A stretch of 37,498 nucleotides of DNA from Fidelibacterota bacterium. Lineage in GTDB: Bacteria; Fidelibacterota; Marinisomatia; Marinisomatales; TCS55. Both the position numbers and the translations under genes were made by a program. Of the stretch, positions 26,332 to 37,236 are shown in pieces; within the stretch, counting starts at the first letter, position 1; each line of letters begins with the position of its first letter. Location: NCBI GenBank assembly GCA_046861385.1, contig JBHHTW010000023.1, positions 1-37,498 of the forward strand, read 5' to 3'. The notes below the pieces were generated by a model that was given only the letters and a program-made list of their open reading frames with translations, was not told where the DNA came from and searched no databases.

Positions 26332-29300
26332 ATGAAGCAGATTACAGAAATATTAAAACAAAGAATTGTAGTCCTGGATGGCGCCACGGGAACCATGGTT
26401 CAATCTTATCAACTGACTGAATCAGACTTTCGGGGCGATCGATTTGCCGACCACTTAACTGAGTTGAAAGGCAATAATGATATTTTATGCATTACTCAGC
26501 CGAAAGTAATCGGTGAAATACACCGTGCCTATTTCGATTCAGGTGCTGATATTGTAGAAACCAATACATTCAATGGAAACGAAATATCTCAAAGAGATTA
26601 CGGGATGGAATCCCATGTTTATGAAATCAATGTTGAGGCAGCGAAAATCGCCAAACAGGTTGCCGGTGAATATGCTGATAAGCCCCGGTTTGTAGCCGGA
26701 GCTCTTGGCCCCACGAATCGAACGGCTTCTTTGGGCCCCGATGTCAATCGACCGGGATTTAGAAATATCTCTTTTGATGAATTAAAATATGCTTACCAAG
26801 AGCAGGCAAAAGGACTTTTAGACGGTGGGGTTGATTTATTATTAGTAGAGACTGTTTTTGATACCTTGAATTGTAAAGCAGCTCTTTTTGCTATTCGTGA
26901 ATTATTTGAGAAAAGAAAAATGGAAGTGCCTGTTATGGTATCCGGTACCATTACGGATGCCAGTGGGCGGACACTCTCCGGGCAGACAGTGGAAGCATTC
27001 TGGTATTCCATTCGCCATGCCAACCTGACAGCTGTAGGACTCAATTGTGCTTTAGGCGCAAAACAAATCAGGGCATGGCTGGATGAGCTGTCAGCTGTTG
27101 CAGATGTTCCTGTTTTTGTTTATCCAAATGCCGGACTCCCGAATGAGTTTGGAGAATATGACCAGTCTCCCAATCACATGGCAGGCATTATTAAGGAATT
27201 CGCCGGCAGCGGACTGGTGAACATGGTCGGTGGGTGTTGCGGAACAACACCTGAACATATCCATTCTATCGCAGAAGCAGTAAACCATGCGCCTCCCCGG
27301 CAAATTCCTGTCATCAAGCCATTGACAAAATTGTGTGGTCTCGAACCGCTGACCATTCGTCCTGACAGTAATTTTATTAATATCGGAGAACGGACAAACG
27401 TGACCGGTTCAGCACGATTTCAACGTTTGATTAAAGAAGACCATTATGAAGAAGCCTTGTCCGTGGCCCGTCAGCAAATTGAAAATGGCGCTCAAATTAT
27501 TGATGTGAATATGGATGAAGGACTTCTGGATTCTGAATTAGCAATGGAAACATTTTTACGTCTCATCGCTGCCGAACCGGATATTTCTAAAGTACCGGTA
27601 ATGGTCGACTCCTCCAAATGGACTGTTTTGGAGACGGGATTAAAAAATCTCCAAGGAAAAGGAATTGTTAATTCCATTTCATTAAAAGAAGGGGAAAAAG
27701 AATTTATCCGGAAAGCAGAATTAATTCTAAAATATGGTGCCGCCGTGATTGTTATGGCTTTTGATGAAGAAGGGCAGGCGGACACCTGCGACCGGAAAGT
27801 GGCTATCTGCACCAGGGCTTATGATATTTTGACCAGGAAGATCGGATTTCCAGCAGAAGATATTATTTTTGATCCAAATATTTTTGCTGTTGCCACAGGA
27901 ATGGACGAGCATAACAATTATGCCGTTGATTATATCAACGCAGTCCGGAAAATAAAAGAAACACTCCCCGACGTTCACATTAGTGGAGGCGTCAGTAACT
28001 TATCTTTTTCATTCCGTGGTAATAATACAGTCAGGGAAGCCATGCATTCCGTTTTTCTATACCATGCAATTCAGGCCGGGATGGATATGGGAATTGTCAA
28101 TGCAGGGCAACTGGCTATTTTTAGTGAAATTCCCTCTAAACTGAAACAGCGGGTAGAAGATGTACTATTTAACCGGAGAAAGGATGGCACCGAAAGACTG
28201 GTAGAAATTGCCGATGAATACCGGGGAAAAAAGAAATCACAGAAAAAAGACTTATCCTGGAGAAAAACGTCCGCCGAGGACCGCTTAAAACATGCACTGG
28301 TCGAAGGCATTGCAGATTATGTTGACGAGGATACGGAGGAGGCCCGGCAACAATATGCCCACCCCATCGATGTGATTGAAGGTCCACTCATGGATGGAAT
28401 GAATATTGTTGGAGATCTTTTCAGCTCAGGTAAAATGTTTCTTCCGCAGGTGGTTAAATCCGCCAGAGTGATGAAAAAATCGGTGGCATATCTTTTTCCA
28501 TTCATCGAAAAAGAAAAACACGAGTTAGGTTTGTCCGGGCAATCAAATGGACGGATCGTTATGGCAACGGTGAAAGGAGATGTTCATGATATCGGGAAAA
28601 ATATTGTCGGCGTTGTTCTGGGATGTAACGGATATGATATTATTGATCTGGGTGTTATGGTACCATCGGATAAAATTCTCAACGCAGTCATTGAGCATAA
28701 AGCGGATATTATCGGACTATCCGGTTTAATTACACCCAGCCTGGATGAAATGGTCCATGTGGCAGAGGAAATGGAACGCCTTGGTTTGAATATTCCGCTA
28801 TTAATTGGTGGTGCCACAACCAGCCGAAAACATACAGCGGTAAAAATAGAAGAAAAATATTCAGGCCCTTCCATCCATGTGATAGATGCATCTAGGGCTG
28901 TGGGGATCGTCAGTCATCTCCTGAATGATGAAAAAAGAAAACTATTTATTGAAGACCTCCAGACAGATTATGCCGATATCAGAGAGAAAAGAAAACAACG
29001 GTCTCCACTAAAACAATTGTCATTGGAAGAAGCCAGAAAAAGAAAACCTGATATTGAATGGGCGGCCTATACTGTTCCGAAACCCAACAGGACAGGCGTG
29101 TGTGTTTTTGAAAATTACCCATTGGAGAAACTGGAAAGTTATATTGACTGGTCACCTTTTTTCCACGCCTGGGAATTGAAAGGAATATATCCCGAGATAT
29201 TGAATCACAAAAAATTCGGGGATGAAGCACAAAAACTCTTTGCCGATGGAACGCAGCTACTAAAGGAAATAATATCCGGAGAAAAACTCAAGGCAAAAGC

Positions 29301-29868
29301 CGTGGTCGGAATACATCCTGCCTACGCCAAAAATGAAACGGTGTATGCAGAAGAATTGGCATTTCATTTTCCCCGGCAATTATTGGATAAAGGAAATAGA
29401 AGCTTTAATTACAGTCTTGCTGATTTTATCGCTCCTGCCAATGATTATATCGGTACATTTGCTTTAACAACCGGTCATGGATTGGAAGCAATTCTTCAGG
29501 AATTTGACAAGCAACATGATGATTACAATACCATTATGGCTAAAGTCCTCGCCGACCGGCTGGCAGAGGCATTTGCTGAACGGATGCACGAATTGGTTAG
29601 AAAAGAACTTTGGGGATATGCTCCGGAAGAACAGTTAAGCCAAAGGGATTTGATTAAAGAAAAATACAGGGGAATACGCCCGGCTCCCGGTTATCCATCC
29701 TGTCCGGACCACAAGGAAAAAGATGCCATCTGGACATTATTGAATGTAGAAAAACAAACAGGAATTTCTTTAACGGAAACCAGAGCCATGTATCCGGCGG
29801 CTTCTGTCTGTGGTTGGTATTTTTCACACCCTGATGCAGTTTATTTCAGCGTGCGGCATTCAAAATAA
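26332..29868 (+). CDS. metH: cobalamin-dependent methionine synthase
   Basis: 1178 aa; [52 protein letters not shown]. Confidence 0.98.
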   Translation: MKQITEILKQRIVVLDGATGTMVQSYQLTESDFRGDRFADHLTELKGNNDILCITQPKVIGEIHRAYFDSGADIVETNTFNGNEISQRDYGMESHVYEINVEAAKIAKQVAGEYADKPRFVAGALGPTNRTASLGPDVNRPGFRNISFDELKYAYQEQAKGLLDGGVDLLLVETVFDTLNCKAALFAIRELFEKRKMEVPVMVSGTITDASGRTLSGQTVEAFWYSIRHANLTAVGLNCALGAKQIRAWLDELSAVADVPVFVYPNAGLPNEFGEYDQSPNHMAGIIKEFAGSGLVNMVGGCCGTTPEHIHSIAEAVNHAPPRQIPVIKPLTKLCGLEPLTIRPDSNFINIGERTNVTGSARFQRLIKEDHYEEALSVARQQIENGAQIIDVNMDEGLLDSELAMETFLRLIAAEPDISKVPVMVDSSKWTVLETGLKNLQGKGIVNSISLKEGEKEFIRKAELILKYGAAVIVMAFDEEGQADTCDRKVAICTRAYDILTRKIGFPAEDIIFDPNIFAVATGMDEHNNYAVDYINAVRKIKETLPDVHISGGVSNLSFSFRGNNTVREAMHSVFLYHAIQAGMDMGIVNAGQLAIFSEIPSKLKQRVEDVLFNRRKDGTERLVEIADEYRGKKKSQKKDLSWRKTSAEDRLKHALVEGIADYVDEDTEEARQQYAHPIDVIEGPLMDGMNIVGDLFSSGKMFLPQVVKSARVMKKSVAYLFPFIEKEKHELGLSGQSNGRIVMATVKGDVHDIGKNIVGVVLGCNGYDIIDLGVMVPSDKILNAVIEHKADIIGLSGLITPSLDEMVHVAEEMERLGLNIPLLIGGATTSRKHTAVKIEEKYSGPSIHVIDASRAVGIVSHLLNDEKRKLFIEDLQTDYADIREKRKQRSPLKQLSLEEARKRKPDIEWAAYTVPKPNRTGVCVFENYPLEKLESYIDWSPFFHAWELKGIYPEILNHKKFGDEAQKLFADGTQLLKEIISGEKLKAKAVVGIHPAYAKNETVYAEELAFHFPRQLLDKGNRSFNYSLADFIAPANDYIGTFALTTGHGLEAILQEFDKQHDDYNTIMAKVLADRLAEAFAERMHELVRKELWGYAPEEQLSQRDLIKEKYRGIRPAPGYPSCPDHKEKDAIWTLLNVEKQTGISLTETRAMYPAASVCGWYFSHPDAVYFSVRHSK

Positions 29869-29913
29869 CGAATCTGGATTTATGAAAAGCATATTATATT
29901 CAATAAAAATAAA

Positions 29914-32307
29914 ATGAAAATACTAAAATTTGGCGGAACATCCCTAAAAACTCCTGAACGGGTAAAACATGCTGTACAGCTAATTTCAACAGAGCATCCC
30001 TGTGCTGTGGTTGTTTCTGCTTTTGGAGGCGTTACAGATCAATTAATCCGGATGGCAGGAGAGGCTGCAGCCGGAGGAGACTGTGAATCGGATATTCGTT
30101 CTTTGATCGATAGACATGATGAAGTGGTATTTGATCTGATTTCCCATAGACATTCAGATGAAATAATGAACAGTATCCAGAAAATTGAATCTGAATTAGT
30201 TAACGACCTTTCAAAGATTCGTCAGGCCGGGAGAGTAACTGCAAAGAAAAAAGATGCTGTATTATCAGTCGGCGAGAGGTTATCTGCCACACTCATTGCA
30301 GCCATCTGTTCTCATCATGACCTTGAAGCAGAATTTCTGGATGCCAGGACTGTGATCCTGACAGATGATCATTTTGGGAATGCTTTTGTTCACTACCAGG
30401 CCTCATATAACCAAATACGCCGGTATTGGAAAAATAATTATACCACCAGAATTATTACCGGATTTATCGGTGCAACCGAAAATGGGGAAACAACAACTTT
30501 TGGCCGGAGTGGTTCCGATTATACTGCTGCCATATTCGGCGCCGCATTGAACGTGGATGAAATCGTAATCTGGACAGATGTGGACGGTATTTTAACGGCA
30601 GATCCCTCTGTGGTTTCTAACCCGAAACCCATTCCGAATATTACCTATGAAGAAGCCATGGAATTGGCCCATGCAGGAGCAAAAGTAATTTTTCCACCCA
30701 CCATGATTCCGGCATTATATAAATCGATCCCCATTCGGATAAAAAACACCTTTTCTCCTGATAATCCGGGAACACTTATCACGCGATCCAGAACACTGGA
30801 TAACCAATCTGCTGTTGGTATTTCGTCCATATATGATATTGCCCTGGTGCGGTTTCAGGGAGCGGGAATTGTCGGCCGGTATGGAATTATCGGTCGTGCA
30901 TTCGATAGGCTGGCGGCGGAAAAAATAAATATAATTCTCGTTTCCCAGGTATTCAGCGAACATTCTATTTGTTTTGCCATTCAGCCGGATAAAGTGGCCC
31001 TGGCAACAGAAAAACTACACGAAGAATTTTCTTTTGAGCTGGAAAATCGATTCATTGATGCCATTAAAATCGAGAAAAAACTATCATTGATAGCGGTGGT
31101 GGGTGAAGGCATGCGCCATACACCGGGTATTGCCGGTAAACTTTTTGGCATTCTGGGAAGGGAAAAAGTAAACATCATTGCCATTACCCAGGGATCATCG
31201 GAAAGAAATATCTCTTTTATAGTGAATGAGCATGATGTGAAACCGGCGATTCGGAGCTTACATGGGTCTCTGTTTGTCGGATCAAATAAGTTGAATATTT
31301 TTTTAGCAGGCCCCGGATTGGTCGGATCGGAACTCATTAATCTGATTTCAAAGAATGAACAGTTGAATCTTTGCGGTATTTCCAACAGCCAGAGAATGAT
31401 TATTCACCCGGAAGGGTTGGATATGGATTCCTGGCGGGAGGAGCTGCCAAAAGGTGATGGAGCTGATATTAATGGATTGATGCGTGTGGCGAAGGCATCT
31501 TTTCCTTCTGTCTTTGTGGATGTAACATCCTCCCGGGAAATTGCTGAAAAAGTTCCAGAATTTATTAAAAATGGCATTTCGGTTGTGACGGCAAATAAAC
31601 TGGCCAATGCCATGAATCAGGAATTTTATGATCAAATCAGAATGACCTGTAATGACGCCGGTGTACGGTTTTTGTATGAAGCCAATGTGGGCGCCGGGCT
31701 TCCCATCATCGATACACTCCAATCCTTGTTGGCTACCGGCGATACCGTTATCAAAATTCAGGGCGTTATGTCCGGGACGTTAAGTTATCTGTTCCATGAG
31801 TTTGATGGAACCGTTCCATTTAGTCAATTGGTAAAAAAAGCCAGAAACCTTGGCTTTACCGAACCGGACCCCAGAGAAGATTTAACTGGTATGGATGTGG
31901 CGAGAAAAATTCTGATTCTAGCGCGGGAAACAGGGGCTAAACTAGAATTGTCGGATGTGTCCGTAGAATCTTTTATTCCGGACCCCCTTTTATTTAATAT
32001 ACCTATTGAAGATTTTTTAAAGAAATTTTCTGCTTATGACAGTAGATTTCTAACCAAATTTAATCATGCAAAAACCAAGGGAAAAGTTCTCCGATACATT
32101 GCCACCTGGGATGGGGAAACAGCATCTGTCTCATTACAATCTGTGGGGAAAGAGAATCCGTTCTATACCCAAAACGGCAGAGAAAATTTTATTGTATTTC
32201 AAACAAAAAGATATAATGATGTTCCCATGGTCATTAAGGGACATGGGGCCGGCGCGGAAGTGACAGCAGCAGCTGTTTTAGGAGATATATTAAAATGCGT
32301 TCATTAG
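29914..32307 (+). CDS. thrA: bifunctional aspartate kinase / homoserine dehydrogenase
   Basis: KFGGTS, GRSGSDY, WTDVDG, two ACT domains, GPGLVG, YEANVGAGLP, EPDPREDL, GAGAEVTA. Confidence 0.95.
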   Translation: MKILKFGGTSLKTPERVKHAVQLISTEHPCAVVVSAFGGVTDQLIRMAGEAAAGGDCESDIRSLIDRHDEVVFDLISHRHSDEIMNSIQKIESELVNDLSKIRQAGRVTAKKKDAVLSVGERLSATLIAAICSHHDLEAEFLDARTVILTDDHFGNAFVHYQASYNQIRRYWKNNYTTRIITGFIGATENGETTTFGRSGSDYTAAIFGAALNVDEIVIWTDVDGILTADPSVVSNPKPIPNITYEEAMELAHAGAKVIFPPTMIPALYKSIPIRIKNTFSPDNPGTLITRSRTLDNQSAVGISSIYDIALVRFQGAGIVGRYGIIGRAFDRLAAEKINIILVSQVFSEHSICFAIQPDKVALATEKLHEEFSFELENRFIDAIKIEKKLSLIAVVGEGMRHTPGIAGKLFGILGREKVNIIAITQGSSERNISFIVNEHDVKPAIRSLHGSLFVGSNKLNIFLAGPGLVGSELINLISKNEQLNLCGISNSQRMIIHPEGLDMDSWREELPKGDGADINGLMRVAKASFPSVFVDVTSSREIAEKVPEFIKNGISVVTANKLANAMNQEFYDQIRMTCNDAGVRFLYEANVGAGLPIIDTLQSLLATGDTVIKIQGVMSGTLSYLFHEFDGTVPFSQLVKKARNLGFTEPDPREDLTGMDVARKILILARETGAKLELSDVSVESFIPDPLLFNIPIEDFLKKFSAYDSRFLTKFNHAKTKGKVLRYIATWDGETASVSLQSVGKENPFYTQNGRENFIVFQTKRYNDVPMVIKGHGAGAEVTAAAVLGDILKCVH

Positions 32308-33398
32308 ATCATAAAATATCTGTCAGTGTCTTAGGGGCGACCGGTATGGTGGGACAGAATTTTTTACGATTACTGGAAGATCATCCTTGGTTTCAGGTGG
32401 TGGACGTGGGGGCCTCCGAAAGTTCTGCCGGTAAAAAATATATAGACAGTGTCCATGATAAATGGATGATGAATACTTCTGTACCGAAGAGTGTTAGAAA
32501 TCTGACTGTCAGAAATGTCCACGACTTTCGTACGATTCCACCGGAAGTAACTTGTGTATTCTCTGCCTTGGATTTACCGGAAAAACAGGCCACCCGGACC
32601 TTTGAATTTCAATATGCATCGAAAGGATACGGCGTCATTTCTACCAGTTCCGCTAACCGTCAAACAGAAGATGTTCCCATGATGATACCGGAAATTAATC
32701 CGGACCATGCAGACATTATTCCGATTCAGCAGCAGAATCGTTCTTTACCTGATACCGGATTTGTGGCGGTGAAACCCAACTGTTCCATCCAGTCATATAT
32801 TGTAGTTCTAGAAGCATTAAGGAAAGCAGGATATCCGGTGAACCGTGTTCAGGTGACTACGCTCCAGGCGTTGTCAGGGGCAGGAATTAAAGGGCTGACA
32901 TCCCCTGACTGGAAAGAAAATATTATTCCCTTCATTTCAGGAGAAGAAGAAAAAACGGAACAGGAACCGCTCAAAATATTTGGGGACATTATTGGGAATC
33001 GAATAGAACCAGCCGATGAATTAGAAATAGGTGCTATTTGCACGAGAGTTCCCGTAGTGGACGGACATACGGCGGTGGTTCACTTAGGATTCGAAGGGGC
33101 CAAACCAACCGTTGACCAAATGAAAACCATATTATCTTCCTTTCAAGGGGAACCCCAGAAATTGAATTTACCCTCTGCTCCGTCCCGTCCAATTATAGTC
33201 TCGGATGACGAGACCAGGCCCCAACCCCGATTGGATAAAGATTCCGGAAATGGAATGGCAATCACTGTCGGGCGTATTGCAATGGATCATTTTTTTGATA
33301 TTCGGATGATCGGTTTATCCCACAACACTCTTAGAGGTGCAGCCGGAGGTGCCGTGTTAACAGCAGAATTATTAGTGGAAAAAGGATATTTATCATGA
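32295..33398 (+). CDS. asd: aspartate-semialdehyde dehydrogenase (archaeal/fungal-like subtype)
   Basis: LGATGMVGQ..DHPWF, KPNCSIQSY, QALSGAG, CTRVPVVDGH, SHNTLRGAAG. Confidence 0.95.
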   Translation: MRSLDHKISVSVLGATGMVGQNFLRLLEDHPWFQVVDVGASESSAGKKYIDSVHDKWMMNTSVPKSVRNLTVRNVHDFRTIPPEVTCVFSALDLPEKQATRTFEFQYASKGYGVISTSSANRQTEDVPMMIPEINPDHADIIPIQQQNRSLPDTGFVAVKPNCSIQSYIVVLEALRKAGYPVNRVQVTTLQALSGAGIKGLTSPDWKENIIPFISGEEEKTEQEPLKIFGDIIGNRIEPADELEIGAICTRVPVVDGHTAVVHLGFEGAKPTVDQMKTILSSFQGEPQKLNLPSAPSRPIIVSDDETRPQPRLDKDSGNGMAITVGRIAMDHFFDIRMIGLSHNTLRGAAGGAVLTAELLVEKGYLS

Positions 33399-34330
33399 GT
33401 CAGGATTCTATTCAAATTAAAGTATCCGCTTCGGTGGCCAATGTTTCCTGCGGGTTTGACTGCATCGGATACTCCGTGTCTGAGCCGGCAGACATATTGA
33501 CTATTTCTCTGAAGGAAAAACCAGGAATTGAAATCATCATGTCCGGTTATGGATCTGAATCCATTTCTATTTTACCCGGACAAAATACGGCGGGAAAAGG
33601 CATATTATCTTTATTGACAGCTCTGGATAAAAAACAGGGCTTTACGGTGCATATTGAAAAAGGAATCCCGCCGGGAAGCGGATTAGGTTCCAGTGCGGCC
33701 AGTGCCGTTGGGGGTGTTTTTGGTGCCAATCAATTATTGGGCGCTCCGTTTTTACTGGATGAATTACTGGTTCACTGTATGGCGGGGGAAGCCGTGGCTT
33801 CCGGTGGATTTCATGCTGATAATGTAGCCCCTGCTCTCTTGGGAGGTATTCAATTAATACGTTCTTACGATCCACTGGATATCATTTCATTACCGGTTCC
33901 CGAAAAATTAATGTCTACTGTGGTTCTTCCTGAGCTGACGATTAATACCAAAGAAGCCAGAGCCATCGTCCCCAAACATGTTCCCATTAAGTCAGCGGTT
34001 GAGCAGGCTGGCAGTCTGGCAGGATTTACCTCCGGTTTATACACCGGTGATTTTGATTTATTGGGACGCTCTATGGTGGACCTTCTGGCTGAGCCCTATC
34101 GCCATGAACTTATTCCCGGATTTCATTTGGTAAGACAGGCGGCATTAGATGCCGGCGCCATCGGATGTGGCATTTCAGGATCAGGCCCAGCCTTATTTGC
34201 ATTTTCCGATTCTCTATCAACGGCTGAAAAGGTAGAAATGGCCATGGTGAATGCTTTCAAAATTGAAGGTCTTCTCAGTCAATCCTTCAGCTCTCCCATC
34301 CAGAAAAATCCGCCCATGATGATGGATTAA
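33395..34330 (+). CDS. thrB: homoserine kinase (GHMP family)
   Basis: ANVSCGFD, IPPGSGLGSSAAS, HADNVAP, ISGSGP. Confidence 0.95.
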   Translation: MSQDSIQIKVSASVANVSCGFDCIGYSVSEPADILTISLKEKPGIEIIMSGYGSESISILPGQNTAGKGILSLLTALDKKQGFTVHIEKGIPPGSGLGSSAASAVGGVFGANQLLGAPFLLDELLVHCMAGEAVASGGFHADNVAPALLGGIQLIRSYDPLDIISLPVPEKLMSTVVLPELTINTKEARAIVPKHVPIKSAVEQAGSLAGFTSGLYTGDFDLLGRSMVDLLAEPYRHELIPGFHLVRQAALDAGAIGCGISGSGPALFAFSDSLSTAEKVEMAMVNAFKIEGLLSQSFSSPIQKNPPMMMD

Positions 34331-34333
34331 CCC

Positions 34334-35626
34334 GTGGATTATTACAGTACCAGGGGAAATAGTAAACCGGTTACTTTTCAAGAATCTCTTTTTCAGGGGC
34401 TGGCTCCTGATGGTGGATTGTATCTCCCGGAAGAAATTCCCAATAATTGGAAACATAATTATCAGCAGCATCTAACCTATCCCGAACTGGCTTTCGAAAC
34501 ACTAAAGCACTTTGTTAAAGGTGAAATTTCTGGTTCTGATTTCCAAAATATAGTTGAAAAGGCCTTTTCTTTTGAAATCAAACTCGTGGAAACACAGCCG
34601 GGAATTTTTGTGCTAGAGCTATTCCACGGCCCGACTTTGGCATTCAAAGATTTCGGCGCCCGGTTTATGGCCAGAACCATGGAATATTTTCTACAGAAAA
34701 GAAGTCAGGAATTGACCATCCTAGTGGCGACCTCTGGAGACACCGGTAGCGCCGTCGCAAGCGGATTCTACGGAATTGAAGGTATTCGTGTCTTCATCCT
34801 GTATCCCAAAGGACGGGTCAGCCCGACCCAGGAAAAACAGCTTACCACCCTGGGAGGCAATATTTCCGCTCTGGAAGTGGCGGGAAGTTTTGATGATTGC
34901 CAGCGGTTAGTAAAATCTGCATTTTTAGACCAGCACCTGCGGAAGAAAATTCAATTAAGTTCTGCCAATTCCATTAATATTGCCAGACTCCTGCCCCAAT
35001 CGGTGTATTATCATTGGGCTTATCGGGAAATGGGAATACAATCACCGGTAGTATTTAGCGTCCCCAGTGGAAATTTTGGGAATCTCACTGGAGGGTTGCT
35101 GGCGAAAAAAATGGGATTGTCTGTGGAAAAGTTTGTTGCATCTACTAACGCAAACGACGTGGTGCCGGCCTATCTGAAAACAGGAGCATTTTCCCCCAAG
35201 CCTTCTGTCCACACGATTTCCAATGCCATGGATGTGGGAAACCCAAGCAATCTGGATAGAATGATTTCCCTGTACCGGAATGATATAAATAAGATGCGTT
35301 CAGATATCGAGGCTTTTTGGTTTTCTGATGAGGATACAGTGAACACCATGAAACATGTCTTTGAAGAAACCCATTATGTGCTGGATCCCCATACTGCGGT
35401 TGGGTACTCAGGATTAAAAAAATACCAGACAATTGTTAATAAACAGACAGCAGGCATTATTCTTTCGACTGCCCATCCTGCAAAATTTTCAGAATGTATT
35501 GAGCCCGCTATTGGCCAACCCATCTCCATCCCGGAAAAGCTGAATGAATGTTTGGATAAAAAAATGTACAAAATGTCTTTGCCGAACGATGAAAATGCAT
35601 TGTCAGAAATATTATTAACCACTTAA
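34334..35626 (+). CDS. thrC: threonine synthase
   Basis: GTG start; GLAPDGGLY, ELFHGPTLAFKDFG, ATSGDTG, SANSINIARL, VPSGNFGN, TAHPAKF. Confidence 0.97.
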   Translation: MDYYSTRGNSKPVTFQESLFQGLAPDGGLYLPEEIPNNWKHNYQQHLTYPELAFETLKHFVKGEISGSDFQNIVEKAFSFEIKLVETQPGIFVLELFHGPTLAFKDFGARFMARTMEYFLQKRSQELTILVATSGDTGSAVASGFYGIEGIRVFILYPKGRVSPTQEKQLTTLGGNISALEVAGSFDDCQRLVKSAFLDQHLRKKIQLSSANSINIARLLPQSVYYHWAYREMGIQSPVVFSVPSGNFGNLTGGLLAKKMGLSVEKFVASTNANDVVPAYLKTGAFSPKPSVHTISNAMDVGNPSNLDRMISLYRNDINKMRSDIEAFWFSDEDTVNTMKHVFEETHYVLDPHTAVGYSGLKKYQTIVNKQTAGIILSTAHPAKFSECIEPAIGQPISIPEKLNECLDKKMYKMSLPNDENALSEILLTT

Positions 35627-35646
35627 CACAAAAGGCAGGTTTATTT

Positions 35647-36789
35647 ATGAAATTTGAAACAAAAATTGTTCGCGGTAAAGTTCAACCCGATCCATCTACA
35701 GGAGCTATTATTCCACCCATTTATCAAACAGCGACTTATGTATTGGAAGAAGTGGGAAAAGATAAAGGGTTTGACTATACCCGTTCTGCTAATCCTACCA
35801 GGCAAATGCTGGAAGAGTATCTGGCGTTGATTGAAGGTGGAGAATATGGTGTAGCATTTTCAAGCGGAATGGCAACGGTCGACAGTTGTTTAAAGCTCCT
35901 GAAAGCAGGTGACCACGTTGTTTGCTCTGATGATGTCTATGGCGGTGTATCCCGGCATTTTGACAAGTTGCTAACTCAATATAATTTATCCTTTACCTAT
36001 GTTGATTCTCAAAATCATGAAAATGTTGAAGCTGCCATCCAACCAAACACAGTAATGATCTGGATTGAAACTCCAACAAATCCATTGTTGAAAATAACGG
36101 ACTTAAAAGCTGTTGGTGATATTGCTAATAAACATGATCTGCTGTATTGTGTCGATTCCACGTTCGCAACTCCGGTTTTCTTAAAACCACTGGATTTTGG
36201 TGCTGATTTAGTAGTCCATAGTACTACCAAGTATTTGAGTGGACACAACCAGCTGATTGGCGGAATTGTCATCACAAACCGGGAAGACCTATTTGATTCA
36301 TTGAAATTTATTCAGAAGACAGTTGGTGCTGTTCCCGGCCCTTTTGATTGCTGGTTAACGGTGCTGGGTTTAAGGACATTGGATTTGCGTATGAAGAAAC
36401 ACCATGAGAATGGAGTAAAAGTGGCCGAATATCTTGAATCCCATCCAAATGTAGAAAAAGTGATTTACCCCGGTTTGGAATCTCATCCGATGCATCACAT
36501 TGTAAAAGAGCAAATGTCCGGTTACAGTGGAATGATATCCTTTGAATTAAAGGGCGGAATGGAATCAGGAATAGCCTTAATGAACCATGTGAAATTATGT
36601 TTATTGGCTGAAAGTCTGGGATCTGTGGAAACCATGATTACACATCCCGCGACTATGACCCATGTGGATGTTCCACGGGAGGAAAGGTTAGCCCGCGGTT
36701 TTTTGGATGGTTTGGTTAGATTATCGGTTGGGATTGAAAATGTAAATGATATTATAAACGATTTAGAACAGGCTCTGAGCTTATCATAA
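35647..36789 (+). CDS. cystathionine gamma-synthase/lyase family PLP enzyme (MetB/MccB-like)
   Basis: PPIYQT, YTRSANPTR, FSSGMA, WIETPTNP, HSTTKYLSGH, AESLG..HPATMTH, RLSVGIE; exact activity cannot be assigned by eye. Confidence 0.9.
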   Translation: MKFETKIVRGKVQPDPSTGAIIPPIYQTATYVLEEVGKDKGFDYTRSANPTRQMLEEYLALIEGGEYGVAFSSGMATVDSCLKLLKAGDHVVCSDDVYGGVSRHFDKLLTQYNLSFTYVDSQNHENVEAAIQPNTVMIWIETPTNPLLKITDLKAVGDIANKHDLLYCVDSTFATPVFLKPLDFGADLVVHSTTKYLSGHNQLIGGIVITNREDLFDSLKFIQKTVGAVPGPFDCWLTVLGLRTLDLRMKKHHENGVKVAEYLESHPNVEKVIYPGLESHPMHHIVKEQMSGYSGMISFELKGGMESGIALMNHVKLCLLAESLGSVETMITHPATMTHVDVPREERLARGFLDGLVRLSVGIENVNDIINDLEQALSLS

Positions 36790-36802
36790 TTTCAACAATT
36801 GT

Positions 36803-36926
36803 AAAGAAAAAAATATCATCTGCCGTTTATTAAATGTAGAAAAAACATTGGAATTTCTTTAACTGAATCCCATGCATAAATCCGGCGGATTCTGTATGCG
36901 GATGGTATTATTCTCGTCCTGAATCG
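36803..36926 (+). pseudogene. metH: frameshifted relic of a metH 3' end
   Basis: aligns to 29713-29838; about 92/123 nt identical by hand count over the first 41 codons; two 1-nt deletions; reads KEKNIICRLLNVEK-IGISLTESHA-NPADSVCGWYYSRPES. Confidence 0.88.
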
Positions 36927-36951
36927 AGAAAAAAGTTTAGATGTAAATAGA

Positions 36952-37236
36952 ATGTATATTTCAAAACTGTTTAAGAATGAAGGTAGTACAACTCCTAATT
37001 AGATATTAAAACAAGAAGATTTTTTTAAAGATATTAAATTAGTATTCTTCGATATGGATTGTGATATGATTGGAACTGTAGGGTATTTATATAATGGTAT
37101 AACTTCAAAACAAATCATGATATTATCGGAAAACACAGGTAATATTAATAATCCTGTTTTTAACGATTATGAAATTATTAATCTCATTGTCCAACCAACA
37201 GAGCCAAATGGCCGAAGAATTAAAGAATATTACTAG
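36952..37236 (+). pseudogene. possible decayed ORF with HAD-like motif I
   Basis: ATG 36952, in-frame TAG 37000-37002, then IKLVFFDMDCDMIGT running into the 60-aa ORF; very AT-rich. Confidence 0.3.

Noticed and set aside
29713-36926. metH tail and its relic as a DGR template/variable repeat pair
   Set aside because: Mismatches are not adenine-specific, indels are present, and no reverse transcriptase is in the window
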